DNA of 64,000 bases from an uncultured bacterium (GTDB lineage: Bacteria; Zixibacteria; MSB-5A5; GN15; FEB-12), in NCBI GenBank assembly GCA_965372795.1, contig CBDVDR010000001.1:64001-128000 (forward strand). The letters run 5' to 3'. The position numbers were made by a program, and so were the translations under genes. Position 1 is the first letter of the stretch. Each line of letters begins with the position of its first letter. The notes below the pieces were generated by a model, which did no database searches, was not told the DNA's origin, and worked only from the letters and a program-made list of their open reading frames with translations. Shown piece by piece: positions 30,111-40,537 of this stretch.

Positions 30111-30950
30111 TTAGTTCTTTCGAACCAAAGAATATAAACCGATTAGGGTAAGATTAACAACCAATAATAAGGGAAGTAACAACAATGAAAAACCATTTGG
30201 ATAATGTTTTAGAAAATATTTCCAAACCGATGAATGATGATAAAGCTTCCTTTTGAAAAATCCGACCTCACTCCCTTTCCCCCAATGATGACACCCCATT
30301 GCATCTGGCACAAAATAATTTTTATAACCGTTACGATGCAAACTCAGACAAAGATCGGTATCTTCCATATACATAAAATACCTTTTATCAAACCCGCCTA
30401 ATTCATGAAAGAGAACCCGCTTGATAAATAAAGCTGTTCCGGAAACTGCCGGAACTTCGGTGAGTTCATTATAATCTTTATGAGTATATAGACTATTTGA
30501 AAACATTTTCCCTACTAATGAGCCTCTTGAAAAAAAGATATTATTGATTGTGGGGAGTTCCCGGCAGGTTGGATGGAAACTTCCATCAGGGTTAACCATT
30601 CGAGCCGCCAGAGCGCCGGGATTTTCACATCTTTGAAAAGCTTCGCTCAATTCTAAAATTGCATCGTCTTCCAAAATAACGTCGGGATTTAAAAAAAACA
30701 AGAATTCACCTTTGGCAAAAGATGCCCCGACATTACATGCCGGACCAAAGCCGATATTCTTTTTGGTTTTAATCAGATATATATCAGGGTGATTTTCTTC
30801 AATAAACTGAATCGTCCCATCAGTTGACTTATTATCAATGATTATAATATCAGAAGATTCGGCACAGAGTTCTAGAGCCTTAAGGCAGTCAGGTATTGTC
30901 GAGAGAGAATTACAAGTAACAATAATAACCGAGACTTTGTTTTTGTTCAA
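30111..30950 (-). CDS. GT2 glycosyltransferase (WbbL-like)
   Basis: IIDNKSTDGT, FLNPDV, GGFDKRYFMYMEDTDL. Confidence 0.88.
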   Translation of the reverse strand: MNKNKVSVIIVTCNSLSTIPDCLKALELCAESSDIIIIDNKSTDGTIQFIEENHPDIYLIKTKKNIGFGPACNVGASFAKGEFLFFLNPDVILEDDAILELSEAFQRCENPGALAARMVNPDGSFHPTCRELPTINNIFFSRGSLVGKMFSNSLYTHKDYNELTEVPAVSGTALFIKRVLFHELGGFDKRYFMYMEDTDLCLSLHRNGYKNYFVPDAMGCHHWGKGSEVGFFKRKLYHHSSVWKYFLKHYPNGFSLLLLPLLLVVNLTLIGLYSLVRKN

Positions 30951-30963
30951 AGCCTGATGTTCC

Positions 30964-31692
30964 CTATTTTAATTTTCCAAAAATTGATTTGAGTCGTAAC
31001 ATCCAGACCATCCAGATTGCCTCACGAACAATTTTTTTGGACATTTTTGAAGTCCCAATAATCCTATCTACAAAAACAATTGGAATTTCTTTGATTCTGA
31101 ATCCTTTTTTCCAGGCTCGCATGGTGACTTCTATTTGGAATGAATAGCCGTTGGAGCGTACATCATCAAGATTTATTGCCTGAAGAACTTCTTTACGGAA
31201 ACATTTAAATCCGCCGGTAGCATCTCTAAGCGGCAGACCGGTTACAATTCGAGTATATACATTAGCATAGTAAGACAGCAACAAACGCATCATCGGCCAG
31301 TTGATAACATTGACTCCCGAGATATATCTTGAACCGATCACCAGATCATGATCTTTAATCTCACGAAAAAAATCTTTGATATATTCCGGTCCATGAGAAA
31401 AATCAGCATCCATCTCAAAAATCAGATCAAAATCTTTTTCAAGAGCCCATCTAAATCCGGCAATATAAGCCCGGCCAAGACCCTCTTTATTCTGACGATG
31501 AAGCACGAACACTTTTTCTTCCTGTTTGCTTAATCGTTCAGCAATTTTACCGGTACCATCCGGAGAGTTATCATCGACTATCAAAACATGAATTCGTGCA
31601 TCCAGAGGTAATACTGAATGAACTATTTTTTCAATATTCTCTTTTTCATTGTAAGTCGGGAATATTATCAGTGCCCGTTGCGAATGAGTCAT
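30964..31692 (-). CDS. Polyprenol-monophosphomannose synthase (Dpm1-like GT2)
   Basis: PTYNE, VDDNSPDGT, EMDADFSH, DATGGFK, GYSFQIE. Confidence 0.9.
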   Translation of the reverse strand: MTHSQRALIIFPTYNEKENIEKIVHSVLPLDARIHVLIVDDNSPDGTGKIAERLSKQEEKVFVLHRQNKEGLGRAYIAGFRWALEKDFDLIFEMDADFSHGPEYIKDFFREIKDHDLVIGSRYISGVNVINWPMMRLLLSYYANVYTRIVTGLPLRDATGGFKCFRKEVLQAINLDDVRSNGYSFQIEVTMRAWKKGFRIKEIPIVFVDRIIGTSKMSKKIVREAIWMVWMLRLKSIFGKLK

Positions 31693-34157
31693 TCTATTTG
31701 AGTTTCCTTTTCTTCTTTTCGGGAAAATCCCCGGTAGCTATAAAAAACTAAAATAACAAACAGCCAGACCATTGTCAAGCCGGTTAACATCTTGCCTGTA
31801 CCGTATTTACTTGACTTATACTTAAATTTTACCTGTTTTGTTCCAGCCGGCAGCTCTACTGCTCGAAATGAACCATCAGCCCGTAACAATTCAGATTTTT
31901 CTCCATCAACGAATACCTGCCAGGCATAGTAATAATTGTCGGTTAAAACCAACATTCTGTTACTCTGACAATTTGTCCCAATTACAATTGAATCATTTGC
32001 ATATTCGATTATCCAGGCGGAGTCACTCAACATTGAATCCGGTTTTATCTGTAAGGTAGGCGTTTTTTCAAGATATACAACATGGCTCAAATCTTCATAA
32101 CCATTGATAACCTGATCGACAAGTTTATCAATATCAGACATGACTATAACACTATCTGCTAAAAATACCCTGTCAATTGCATTATCATTTTTTAGAACTT
32201 TTGCCGGTCCAAAATCAACAATCTGCTGAACCGGTTTATCACCAAAATAACCAGGGTTGAAACCATCATTTGTTTGAAGTAAAAGATATTTGGCTCCAAC
32301 AAGGTTCAAAAATCGAGGATTCCTCCGGTTTTTCTTCTGAGGACCGCCTAATAATTTGTCATACCAATTAAGCTGGTTGCCGTGATAACCCACAACCACA
32401 TCTACCCCAAAAAACGGCAGCATATCTTCGGGGATAATTCCCATGTTCATGACCCGGTATTTCCCATCAATATTTTTAAAATAATCGGTTACCGGATTAC
32501 CCGCAAAATACTGTTGAGGTTCAATTGTATCAATAAACCGGGAATCAAAACGCAACCCGTCCCAGACCACAACCAATGGTATTACTGCAAGTATCAACAT
32601 TCCTGATTTCTTATTTGTGTACAGATATATACAACCGGCAACAATGGCTGTAAAAATAAATCCCATCCATGCCCCCGACACAATCGCCGGAAGATTCATA
32701 TAACCGATATCCAGCTTTGTAACCCCTTGCTGAACTAACGTAGTCGAGGCGGTGCTATGAAAAATAGATGCCCACAGATTCAACATCCCTTTTCCGGCAA
32801 CGGTAAACAGGAAGGCTAACAAAAACATGAAAGATGGAAAACCGAACAATAAATATTTGAATCTTTTATGAGAATCTGAAAATAGCTGTTCCCTTTTATC
32901 TTTAATTGTCTGAATTGCAAACCCCGACAGCAAAGCCGTCGAGAAAAGGAACATAAACATTATCATTGAGGCTGCCCGAAGGGCACTCACCTTTGGTATT
33001 AAATAGAAAAAGATATAATAAATCGGCGTTGTTGCCGCCAGCGCATAGATCAGCGAAAAGAGCGCCAAGCCCCCGAAGAAATACCCTTCCCTCCTGCGGC
33101 TAAAGAAAAATCCGATCAATCCCAAAAATATTCCAATAACCGTTACCGATTCAGAATTATCCTTAAAAGCATTTTTTCCCCAGTAGTAAGTCTTGGTATT
33201 ATTGCTTCTTGTTCCGGAGAATTCATTTACCACCAACGAAAAGGCTTCCTCCTCATGTAACGACCATGAGGTTGACCATTCCCAACCCTGCTTGGTGTCG
33301 GTCCTTGGTGAGTAATTTGTCGTGTAATTATAACCCGGATAAAACTGTATCGCCGACAATGTCAACCCGATCACTACCGCATAAGCAGTCAATGCTCCCG
33401 GCTTAATCAGCGGTTTAATTGATTTTTTCTCTCTGAAAAGATTAACTAATTTCAGCAAAGCATAAAAACTAACCGCCCATAAAGTATAGTATGACATCTG
33501 AGCATGTGGTGAAAGAATTATTACCCCGATAACCATTCCTAATAGCGAAAAATAGAGTAACTTGTTACTTCGGGTAAAGCCTAATTCTAAAAACATTATC
33601 ACTAACGGAAACAGAGTAATAACATAAATCTTACCATCATGCCCCGGTGCAATCATCGAAACCAGTAATGGGGCAAACATATAAATTGTCGCACTTACTA
33701 ATGACGCAACTTTAGAAAGATTAAAACTCTTGGCGCAGAAATACATAAACACACCGGCAAGATAGATATGCCAGATCAGTGTCCAACCCTGTATCCGAAC
33801 GTAATCGGTATAATCGGTTGCCAGAAGTTTCATCATCGACAGCGGATAGAATATATCACCATGGAAGGCTTCGATATACGGCATCCCTCCAAAAATATAT
33901 GGCATCCACTGCGGGAATGATCCGCTATTCAAAAAATGCTCAACTAAAAACATTCTGAAAAACACTCCGGCTTGTATCTGATCCGACATCGCCAGCATCT
34001 TATCTGAAAAAACAAAATCACGAAACAAAAATAGCAAGGCTACCAGTATAACTGCAAAATATGCCGGTACAAACCATCGCTGTTGCTCAATATGAAATTC
34101 TGACTTGGGTTTGATTTGTCTTGTAACAGGTTTTTTCTTAGCCAAACTATTCTCCAA
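31689..34157 (-). CDS. YfhO-family multi-TM protein (probable GT-C glycosyltransferase)
   Basis: PQWMPYIFGGMP, many TMs, C-terminal LVLTDNYYYAWQVFVDG...FRAVELPAG. Confidence 0.82.
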   Translation of the reverse strand: MENSLAKKKPVTRQIKPKSEFHIEQQRWFVPAYFAVILVALLFLFRDFVFSDKMLAMSDQIQAGVFFRMFLVEHFLNSGSFPQWMPYIFGGMPYIEAFHGDIFYPLSMMKLLATDYTDYVRIQGWTLIWHIYLAGVFMYFCAKSFNLSKVASLVSATIYMFAPLLVSMIAPGHDGKIYVITLFPLVIMFLELGFTRSNKLLYFSLLGMVIGVIILSPHAQMSYYTLWAVSFYALLKLVNLFREKKSIKPLIKPGALTAYAVVIGLTLSAIQFYPGYNYTTNYSPRTDTKQGWEWSTSWSLHEEEAFSLVVNEFSGTRSNNTKTYYWGKNAFKDNSESVTVIGIFLGLIGFFFSRRREGYFFGGLALFSLIYALAATTPIYYIFFYLIPKVSALRAASMIMFMFLFSTALLSGFAIQTIKDKREQLFSDSHKRFKYLLFGFPSFMFLLAFLFTVAGKGMLNLWASIFHSTASTTLVQQGVTKLDIGYMNLPAIVSGAWMGFIFTAIVAGCIYLYTNKKSGMLILAVIPLVVVWDGLRFDSRFIDTIEPQQYFAGNPVTDYFKNIDGKYRVMNMGIIPEDMLPFFGVDVVVGYHGNQLNWYDKLLGGPQKKNRRNPRFLNLVGAKYLLLQTNDGFNPGYFGDKPVQQIVDFGPAKVLKNDNAIDRVFLADSVIVMSDIDKLVDQVINGYEDLSHVVYLEKTPTLQIKPDSMLSDSAWIIEYANDSIVIGTNCQSNRMLVLTDNYYYAWQVFVDGEKSELLRADGSFRAVELPAGTKQVKFKYKSSKYGTGKMLTGLTMVWLFVILVFYSYRGFSRKEEKETQIE

Positions 34158-34158
34158 T

Positions 34159-35103
34159 TTATTTTTTTACAAACAAAGCCATCGTTGCTGCAATCGACTC
34201 AATTACAATCGACCACAACCGCGCCATTATCGCAACCGCCGGAGCAATAGCCCCGACAAACGGCGTTAACAGCATCCCCATAATTATTTCCCTCGGTCCA
34301 AATCCTCCCGGTGCAAATAAAGCCAGATACCCCAGTTGATAGGCAGCATTAAAAATACCTATCGAGGCAAACAAGCCGACTTTTGAGTCCGGAATTACCG
34401 CCTGAAGAAACAACCAGAACGCTGCTCCGTACCCGACCCAGGCAATAGAATAACCTACAAATAACTTCAGAGCAACTTTTTTGTCCGGATTGAACTTTAC
34501 TTCAGGGCGTGAGAATTTTCTTAAAACAATATTCCCAAATGATAAAATCTTCTCAGGGAAAAATATTATCGCAAAACTTACCAATAACATAAATGCAAAA
34601 ATCAACATCGATGACTGGGGTCCAAAAATCGCAATCTGATCAATCAATATCTCGGTCTCAAACTGTGCCATCAGAATGTATATCAAAAACGAGGCTGGCA
34701 GAGCATACAACTGTGCCAGGACAAACGAAGCGGTTGCATCCTCAGGCGGAATCCCCTCTTTTTTGGCAAGATACAAAATCCCGAACAATTGCCATACTTT
34801 TCCCGGAATATACCGGCCTAAATTAGAGATGTAAAATATCCGAAACGATTTTGCCGGGCTGACCTGATGCCCCAAACTGAATATTATCCAGCGCCAGATT
34901 AACGAAAACAAAACCAGCGTCACCAATCCGGTAACAATCGACAGAACCAGATAGAGATAATCCAACTGCCAGTTGAAATCTTTTATATCTGCCCAATGTT
35001 TTTCAATTTGAAAAAATAGGAAATAAAGGACAACGACCGTCAACAGAATTTTGATAGCGTTGCCAAGATATTTATTTAAGCCTGATCGGGAAGTTTGAGT
35101 CAT
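34159..35103 (-). CDS. Flippase-like membrane protein (lysylphosphatidylglycerol synthase TM / UPF0104)
   Basis: SNLGRYIPGKVW and APGGFGPRE motifs. Confidence 0.8.
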   Translation of the reverse strand: MTQTSRSGLNKYLGNAIKILLTVVVLYFLFFQIEKHWADIKDFNWQLDYLYLVLSIVTGLVTLVLFSLIWRWIIFSLGHQVSPAKSFRIFYISNLGRYIPGKVWQLFGILYLAKKEGIPPEDATASFVLAQLYALPASFLIYILMAQFETEILIDQIAIFGPQSSMLIFAFMLLVSFAIIFFPEKILSFGNIVLRKFSRPEVKFNPDKKVALKLFVGYSIAWVGYGAAFWLFLQAVIPDSKVGLFASIGIFNAAYQLGYLALFAPGGFGPREIIMGMLLTPFVGAIAPAVAIMARLWSIVIESIAATMALFVKK

Positions 35104-35113
35104 GCTCTTTTAT

Positions 35114-36073
35114 TTATTTATCAGATTTATTTAATTCTTCAAGAAGCGCCTGTACTCTCCGACGCATAAAGCTCAACTCTTCTTTGACGGAAGCCTGCCC
35201 CTCGGAGATAAAACCCATCATGAAAAGACCAAGACCGATTCCAAACAGTAAAATCACCAGATACAAAAGCGGGAGTTGAGTTTCTCCGGCATAGTATTTC
35301 AGAAAGACTGCCCAGATCCCGACCAAAACTCCGAAGATCATAAATATTGAACCAAGAGCGCCGAAAAACAGAAGCGGTTTTTTCAAAAAGGTTATCTGAA
35401 ATTTCACCGCAATCATATCAAGAACCCCCACCGGAATCCGCCAGAATGAAAATTTTGTTTCGCCCCAAGCCCGTTCATACAACGGAATCTTGACCTCGTC
35501 GACTCGGAATCCTTCGGTTGCGGCCAGAACGACCAGATACCGATGCCAGTCGCGGCGCATGAAAATATGTTTGATGACTTCTTTGCGGAAAGCTTTGACC
35601 GAATTCAGATCGTGAACCTGGAGATTAAAAATCTTCCGCGACACCCAATTGTAGATAGTCGAAACGAACCGTTTTTCATATTTCCCCTGTTTCCAGCCGG
35701 TACTTAAATCGGCACCGTCAAAGATTGGGCTGACTAAAGCCGGGATATCTTCGGGGATATATTGCAAATCTGCAGGATAAAAGACATAAATTTCACCGCT
35801 CGCGATTGAGAATCCGGTCTGCAAGGATTCGGTTAGACCTCGATTGCGCTGATGGCTTTTATATTTGATAAAACTGTATTTTTGGGCATTTTCTTTGATT
35901 TTTTCAAGGGTCTTATCGGTTGAACCATCGTCAATAAGCACTAATTCTGACTTGAATGGAGCTTTTTGCTGCATTTCGTCGAACTGACGACAGAGTTCAT
36001 CGATATTGCCTTCTTCGTTGAGGGCTGGAATAACCGTTGATACGATACAGTTTTTGATCTCTTCTGGGCTCAA
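35114..36073 (-). CDS. GT2 glycosyltransferase (polyprenol-phosphate sugar synthase-like, 2 C-terminal TMs)
   Basis: IPALNEE, IDDGSTD, ADLQY, HRYL. Confidence 0.88.
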   Translation of the reverse strand: MSPEEIKNCIVSTVIPALNEEGNIDELCRQFDEMQQKAPFKSELVLIDDGSTDKTLEKIKENAQKYSFIKYKSHQRNRGLTESLQTGFSIASGEIYVFYPADLQYIPEDIPALVSPIFDGADLSTGWKQGKYEKRFVSTIYNWVSRKIFNLQVHDLNSVKAFRKEVIKHIFMRRDWHRYLVVLAATEGFRVDEVKIPLYERAWGETKFSFWRIPVGVLDMIAVKFQITFLKKPLLFFGALGSIFMIFGVLVGIWAVFLKYYAGETQLPLLYLVILLFGIGLGLFMMGFISEGQASVKEELSFMRRRVQALLEELNKSDK

Positions 36074-36222
36074 TATATATCCTTCAATCTCTGCTAATTA
36101 TAAATGTCTATTCAAATAGTCGACTGTATAATGCTATTTAATTACTCAAAACTCAACTTCTTTTTTTATACAGGATTAATGAAGATTTGCCCGGAAAACA
36201 GAGAATTATTTAGATTTAATAA

Positions 36223-37089
36223 TTATTGATAATAATTGAATATTTCATAATTGAAGGCTGCTTCGGTATCAATTCGAAGTGAGATCAGATCAACTTCATC
36301 AATACACATCTCTCCAATATAATAATCAGTCTCTTTTTCAGATTCATAAGCTTCAAAGAAACTGGCTCCAATATACTTGGCAAGTAGATCAGCAATAGCA
36401 ATCACTCGTCCTAAGCTTTTTGAAGGTTCTTTTTTATAAGGTTTTGATGAATGATGGACTGATATTTGTGAAATCAGGTTTGAAGGAAATTGCCATTTTG
36501 TTAATAGCGCATGTCCAACATTGACATGATTAAAGCCCAGCTCTTGACCTTCAACTTCCATAAATGGTAATTTGGTTTCTTTAACCTTTTCTATAATTTT
36601 GAGATAAGTGTTTGGTGCGGTTTGCAAAAGCACCAGTTTACCTATGTCATGCAATAAACCGCAAAGATAAGCTTCTTCTTTATCTAAGATTCCAAATTTT
36701 TGTACAATTATTCTTGATCCAAGGGCTGCGGCAAGTGAGTGTTCCCATAGTTTTTTTGCGATCTTGGCGTGTGTAGATGATTTAAATAAATTATAGGTCG
36801 AAGCACTGACGATAATTGATTTGACCTGATCAAATCCAATAATTCTTATAGCTTCAGATATTGAAGAAATTCGGTTTACCTGTCCATACATCGGAGAATT
36901 AGATAAACTAATTACTTTTAATGCCAGGGATTGGTCGGCTAAAATTTGTTTTGATATATCATTGATATTCGATTGTAGATCGGATGTCATTTTTAATGCT
37001 TTACTCAAAATCTCAGGTGCTGCGGGTAAATCTCCAAGTTGCTCAATGATTTTATCAACTGTTTCTAAATCAGTATCAGGAACAATCAT
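36223..37089 (-). CDS. HDOD domain protein
   Basis: LPAAP, DQSLALKVISLSNSPMY, WEHS, GLLHDIGK, KWQFP. Confidence 0.9.
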   Translation of the reverse strand: MIVPDTDLETVDKIIEQLGDLPAAPEILSKALKMTSDLQSNINDISKQILADQSLALKVISLSNSPMYGQVNRISSISEAIRIIGFDQVKSIIVSASTYNLFKSSTHAKIAKKLWEHSLAAALGSRIIVQKFGILDKEEAYLCGLLHDIGKLVLLQTAPNTYLKIIEKVKETKLPFMEVEGQELGFNHVNVGHALLTKWQFPSNLISQISVHHSSKPYKKEPSKSLGRVIAIADLLAKYIGASFFEAYESEKETDYYIGEMCIDEVDLISLRIDTEAAFNYEIFNYYQ

Positions 37090-37321
37090 AAATCCAACTT
37101 ATTAAAACGTTGATCATTTTGCTCTATCCTAATGTGCCCTGTGTACATATTATATTTCGGTAAATGTTGAGAAACCTTAATTATTTTTTCTGTATATTTC
37201 GTGTTTATTTTGTCGTAAGTTATTCCGTTAATTTCATGTACAACGAAAACAGGGCAGATTTAGTGTGACTTTCTCTGGCGCACATGTTGTGTGTTTTATA
37301 ATCAAGTACATTTAGTTTTTC

Positions 37322-37419
37322 GTAGGTCGGGTTCTGACCGAAGGGAAAAATCCGACATCTGAATTTAAATTGAATGTCGGGTTTCTCAATGCTTGAAGCA
37401 TCATCGGAACCCGACCTAC
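37322..37419. repeat. Inverted REP doublet (REPIN-like, family B)
   Basis: GTAGGTCGGGTT...TCCGAC, short spacer, then GTCGGGTT...AACCCGACCTAC. Confidence 0.85.
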
Positions 37420-37506
37420 TATTTTTTTCATCGTTATCTATAAAACCTTAAAAATTCGTTGTAACCTTATCGGCAATTTACTTTTACAACGATTTGGCTT
37501 CGTTTC

Positions 37507-37570
37507 TTCACTTTTACATACTTCGTATACTTCGCACACTTTGTATATTTTACATACTTCGTATGTTTTA
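37507..37570. repeat. Degenerate 9-bp tandem repeat
   Basis: catacttcg tatacttcg cacactttg tatatttta catacttcg tatgtttta. Confidence 0.65.
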
Positions 37571-37623
37571 AGTTTCCTATATCGTAAGGCATGGTTTTTG
37601 AGTTCTTTCAATCTTAATTCTTT

Positions 37624-37650
37624 GTAGGGCAGGATCCCTGCGATCCTGCC
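37624..37650 (+). repeat. GTAG-type REP (family A)
   Basis: GTAG-GGCAGGATC-CCTGC-GATCCTGCC perfect stem. Confidence 0.85.
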
Positions 37651-38086
37651 AATTATCAAATGGGTTCGCACACTTCGTGTGATTTTCTCTGGCGCATTAT
37701 TATTACTTTCCTTTGAATTTTCTAAATGGGTTCGTTTTGTTACTTTTATATTTAAAATACTTTCAAGCATGGTTTTTCTTCTTTCGTGCTGTCAGGTGAC
37801 TCTGCCTGACAGCATTGTCACTTTGGTAGGCGTCGAGCCCGCCCAGGCGGACTGACCCCACTTTACCTCGTGTGTTTTTGTAATCGTGATTATGGACATA
37901 ACTTCCCGTCCCTCCTTTTATAAAGGGTATCGAAACCTCATTCACCATTGAAAAGCTGGGGAAATTGGGAGTGTGGCAGGATAGATTCTCTGGCCTATAT
38001 GGACTATCCTAACAATTCTTTGTTGTTTAACATACTAGAATATCATATTATTAACACAGGGTTTAACCATACATGGGAAAATTTTA

Positions 38087-39796
38087 ATGATTGAATGGCT
38101 AATATATTTCTTACCAGCACTAGCAGGCGTATTAGTAGTAATGAATAATTTGCTTTCAAAACCAGAACCTGGGAAGAAATTGCAGTGGTATATGAACTTG
38201 ATAGTAGTATCAACTTTATGTCTTGTTACAATTCTTATTTTTATTGAAGATAAGCCAGAACTTATCACTAAAGAAAATTTTAACGAAGCTATGTGTGAAT
38301 GGGAAGATTACAAAGCACAACTTAAGATGTCATCATTGGGTGATGAAAAAACTCAAGAAGAAAAAAATGATTTAAGAGTCGAGGCAGATTGTCTATCATT
38401 GCAGGCAACAACAGCGTTTGATTCAGGTTTGGTCGCATTAGGTCGAGAAGAATACAATTCGGCAATTAAACATTTGCAATATGCACTGAGTGAGGCACAA
38501 AACACATTACCATTAGATACGCAAAAAATTATTGAAATCTATTTTTATATTAGTTTGAGTTATGATGACAATGAGGAATATACTACTTCTTTAAAATATA
38601 TTAAATTGGCGTTAAATCTAGAGTATAATAATTATACTCTTTGGAATAATCAAGGTGTTGTCTTTGGGCATTTGGATATGTATGCAGAAGCTATTGAAAG
38701 TTATGATAGTGCTTTAGTTTATAAACATGATAATTCTGTTATATGGTGTAATCGTGGAAATACATTAGAAAAATTGCAAATGTACGAGGAAGCAATTGCC
38801 AGTTATGACAGTGCTTTAGTTTATAAACCTGATAATTATCTTGTTTGGAATAATCGTGGGATTGCATTTAGGAATCAAAAAAAGCATAAAGAAGCCGTTG
38901 CAAATTATGATGGTGCTTTGACTCATAAGCATGATTTTATAGATGCTTGGGATAATCGCGGGATTGCATTACATGAACTTCAAATGTATAAAGAGGCTGT
39001 CGCCAGTTATGATAGTGCTTTGGTTTATAAACATGAACATTATATGTCTTGGAATAATCGTGGGGTTGCATTACATGAACTTCTGATGTATGAAGCTGCT
39101 GTTGCCAGTTATGACAGTGCTTTGGTTTTTAAGAATGATTATTTTGATGCTTGGTGTAATCGCGGAATTGCATTCTTTGAGCTGAAAATGTATAAAGAAG
39201 CTATTGCCAGTTATGACAGTGCTATAGTATATAAACATGATTATTTTGATGCTTGGTATAATCGGGGAAATGCCTTCGTTGAACTGAGAATGCATAAAGA
39301 AGCTATTGCCAGTTATGACAGTACTTTGGTTTATAAACATGATCATATTGGAGCATGGTATAATCGAGGACATTCTTTAAATGTACTAGAGTTTTATCAA
39401 GAAGCAATTGCCAGTTATGACAGTGCTTTAGTTTATAAACATAATTATATTGAAGCTTGGAATAATCGTGGGATTAATTTAGATGAACTGAAACAATATG
39501 AAGAAGCTATTGCCAGTTATGACAGTGCTTTGGTTTATAAACATGACTTTTTTAATGCCTGGCATAATCGAGGGAATTCATTTGGTGAGCTGAAAAAGTA
39601 TGAAGATGCAATTGCCAGTTATGATAGTGCTTTGGTTTATAAACATGATAATTTCAAGTCTTGGTTTAATCGCGGCGTTGTTTTCTATTATATTAATATG
39701 ATTCCTGAAGCAATTAAAAGTTTGGATAGTTGTTTAGTTTATAATCCGAATGATATAGAGGCCTTAAATTTGAGAGATAAACTTCTTAATAGATGA
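38087..39796 (+). CDS. Membrane-anchored TPR repeat protein
   Basis: Two N-terminal TMs; 11 tandem 34-aa repeats WxNRG...EAIASYDSALVYKHD. Confidence 0.92.
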   Translation: MIEWLIYFLPALAGVLVVMNNLLSKPEPGKKLQWYMNLIVVSTLCLVTILIFIEDKPELITKENFNEAMCEWEDYKAQLKMSSLGDEKTQEEKNDLRVEADCLSLQATTAFDSGLVALGREEYNSAIKHLQYALSEAQNTLPLDTQKIIEIYFYISLSYDDNEEYTTSLKYIKLALNLEYNNYTLWNNQGVVFGHLDMYAEAIESYDSALVYKHDNSVIWCNRGNTLEKLQMYEEAIASYDSALVYKPDNYLVWNNRGIAFRNQKKHKEAVANYDGALTHKHDFIDAWDNRGIALHELQMYKEAVASYDSALVYKHEHYMSWNNRGVALHELLMYEAAVASYDSALVFKNDYFDAWCNRGIAFFELKMYKEAIASYDSAIVYKHDYFDAWYNRGNAFVELRMHKEAIASYDSTLVYKHDHIGAWYNRGHSLNVLEFYQEAIASYDSALVYKHNYIEAWNNRGINLDELKQYEEAIASYDSALVYKHDFFNAWHNRGNSFGELKKYEDAIASYDSALVYKHDNFKSWFNRGVVFYYINMIPEAIKSLDSCLVYNPNDIEALNLRDKLLNR

Positions 39797-39824
39797 TTTA
39801 TAACATTGTACCCTGGAGTAGTTA

Positions 39825-40484
39825 ATGGCTGCTAAAATAATTCCTTCACTTACAGGAGAATATAATAAAGCACGGCGACAGTTACTGCTCTGGAGTAGTA
39901 TTCTGTTTGCATGGGAATTAGTTGGAATTGATTTATCGAAAGTTGAAACTTCTGATAATTTCGGATCAATTATCTCAGCAATCAAAACTCCTCAAGCTGT
40001 TCCATGGGTAATTGTAATACTGGTAATTTATTTTGTATATCGTTTTGTAATAGAATGGTTACATTGCGACGAATCAAAAAGAACGCAATCCGTTTCTAAA
40101 ACGGATATGGGTGTATCAATTTCAATTGCATCTTTGTCAATTCTTCTATTTGTTTATCAACTTACTACAAATTCTAATGTTGCCTCTGAAATAAATCTTA
40201 GTGACGTTTTATTTATGAGACTAACTAATGGAATATTAATATTTAGTATTGCTAACATGTTAAGTGGTAAATTCCTCGGATTGATACTTCTTAAAATTGG
40301 GATTGTTAAAAATTATAATACATCTATAAATATTCATTATATATTTCTAATTCTAATATTTATACTATTAACTAGGTTGCAATTAGAAAAAATACCTTTA
40401 GGTTTTACATTTATAGCTATAATTGGATTACTAAGCTTTTATGTTTTGAAATTTATAAAAAAATTCTTAGTCTTAACAAAGTAA
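39825..40484 (+). CDS. Hypothetical polytopic membrane protein
   Basis: 219-aa ORF with GGAG RBS and several hydrophobic helices. Confidence 0.7.
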   Translation: MAAKIIPSLTGEYNKARRQLLLWSSILFAWELVGIDLSKVETSDNFGSIISAIKTPQAVPWVIVILVIYFVYRFVIEWLHCDESKRTQSVSKTDMGVSISIASLSILLFVYQLTTNSNVASEINLSDVLFMRLTNGILIFSIANMLSGKFLGLILLKIGIVKNYNTSINIHYIFLILIFILLTRLQLEKIPLGFTFIAIIGLLSFYVLKFIKKFLVLTK

Positions 40485-40537
40485 ATAAGTTAGATAATAG
40501 CATGGAGTGGTAGTTCTCATACTAGAGCACACACCCC

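Noticed and set aside
37438..37948. ORFs of 110 and 61 aa
   Set aside because: They run through REP and tandem repeats with no protein motif; probably non-coding.
38087..39796. Diversity-generating retroelement
   Set aside because: No reverse transcriptase and no separate template repeat in the window; the repeats are in-frame TPR units.
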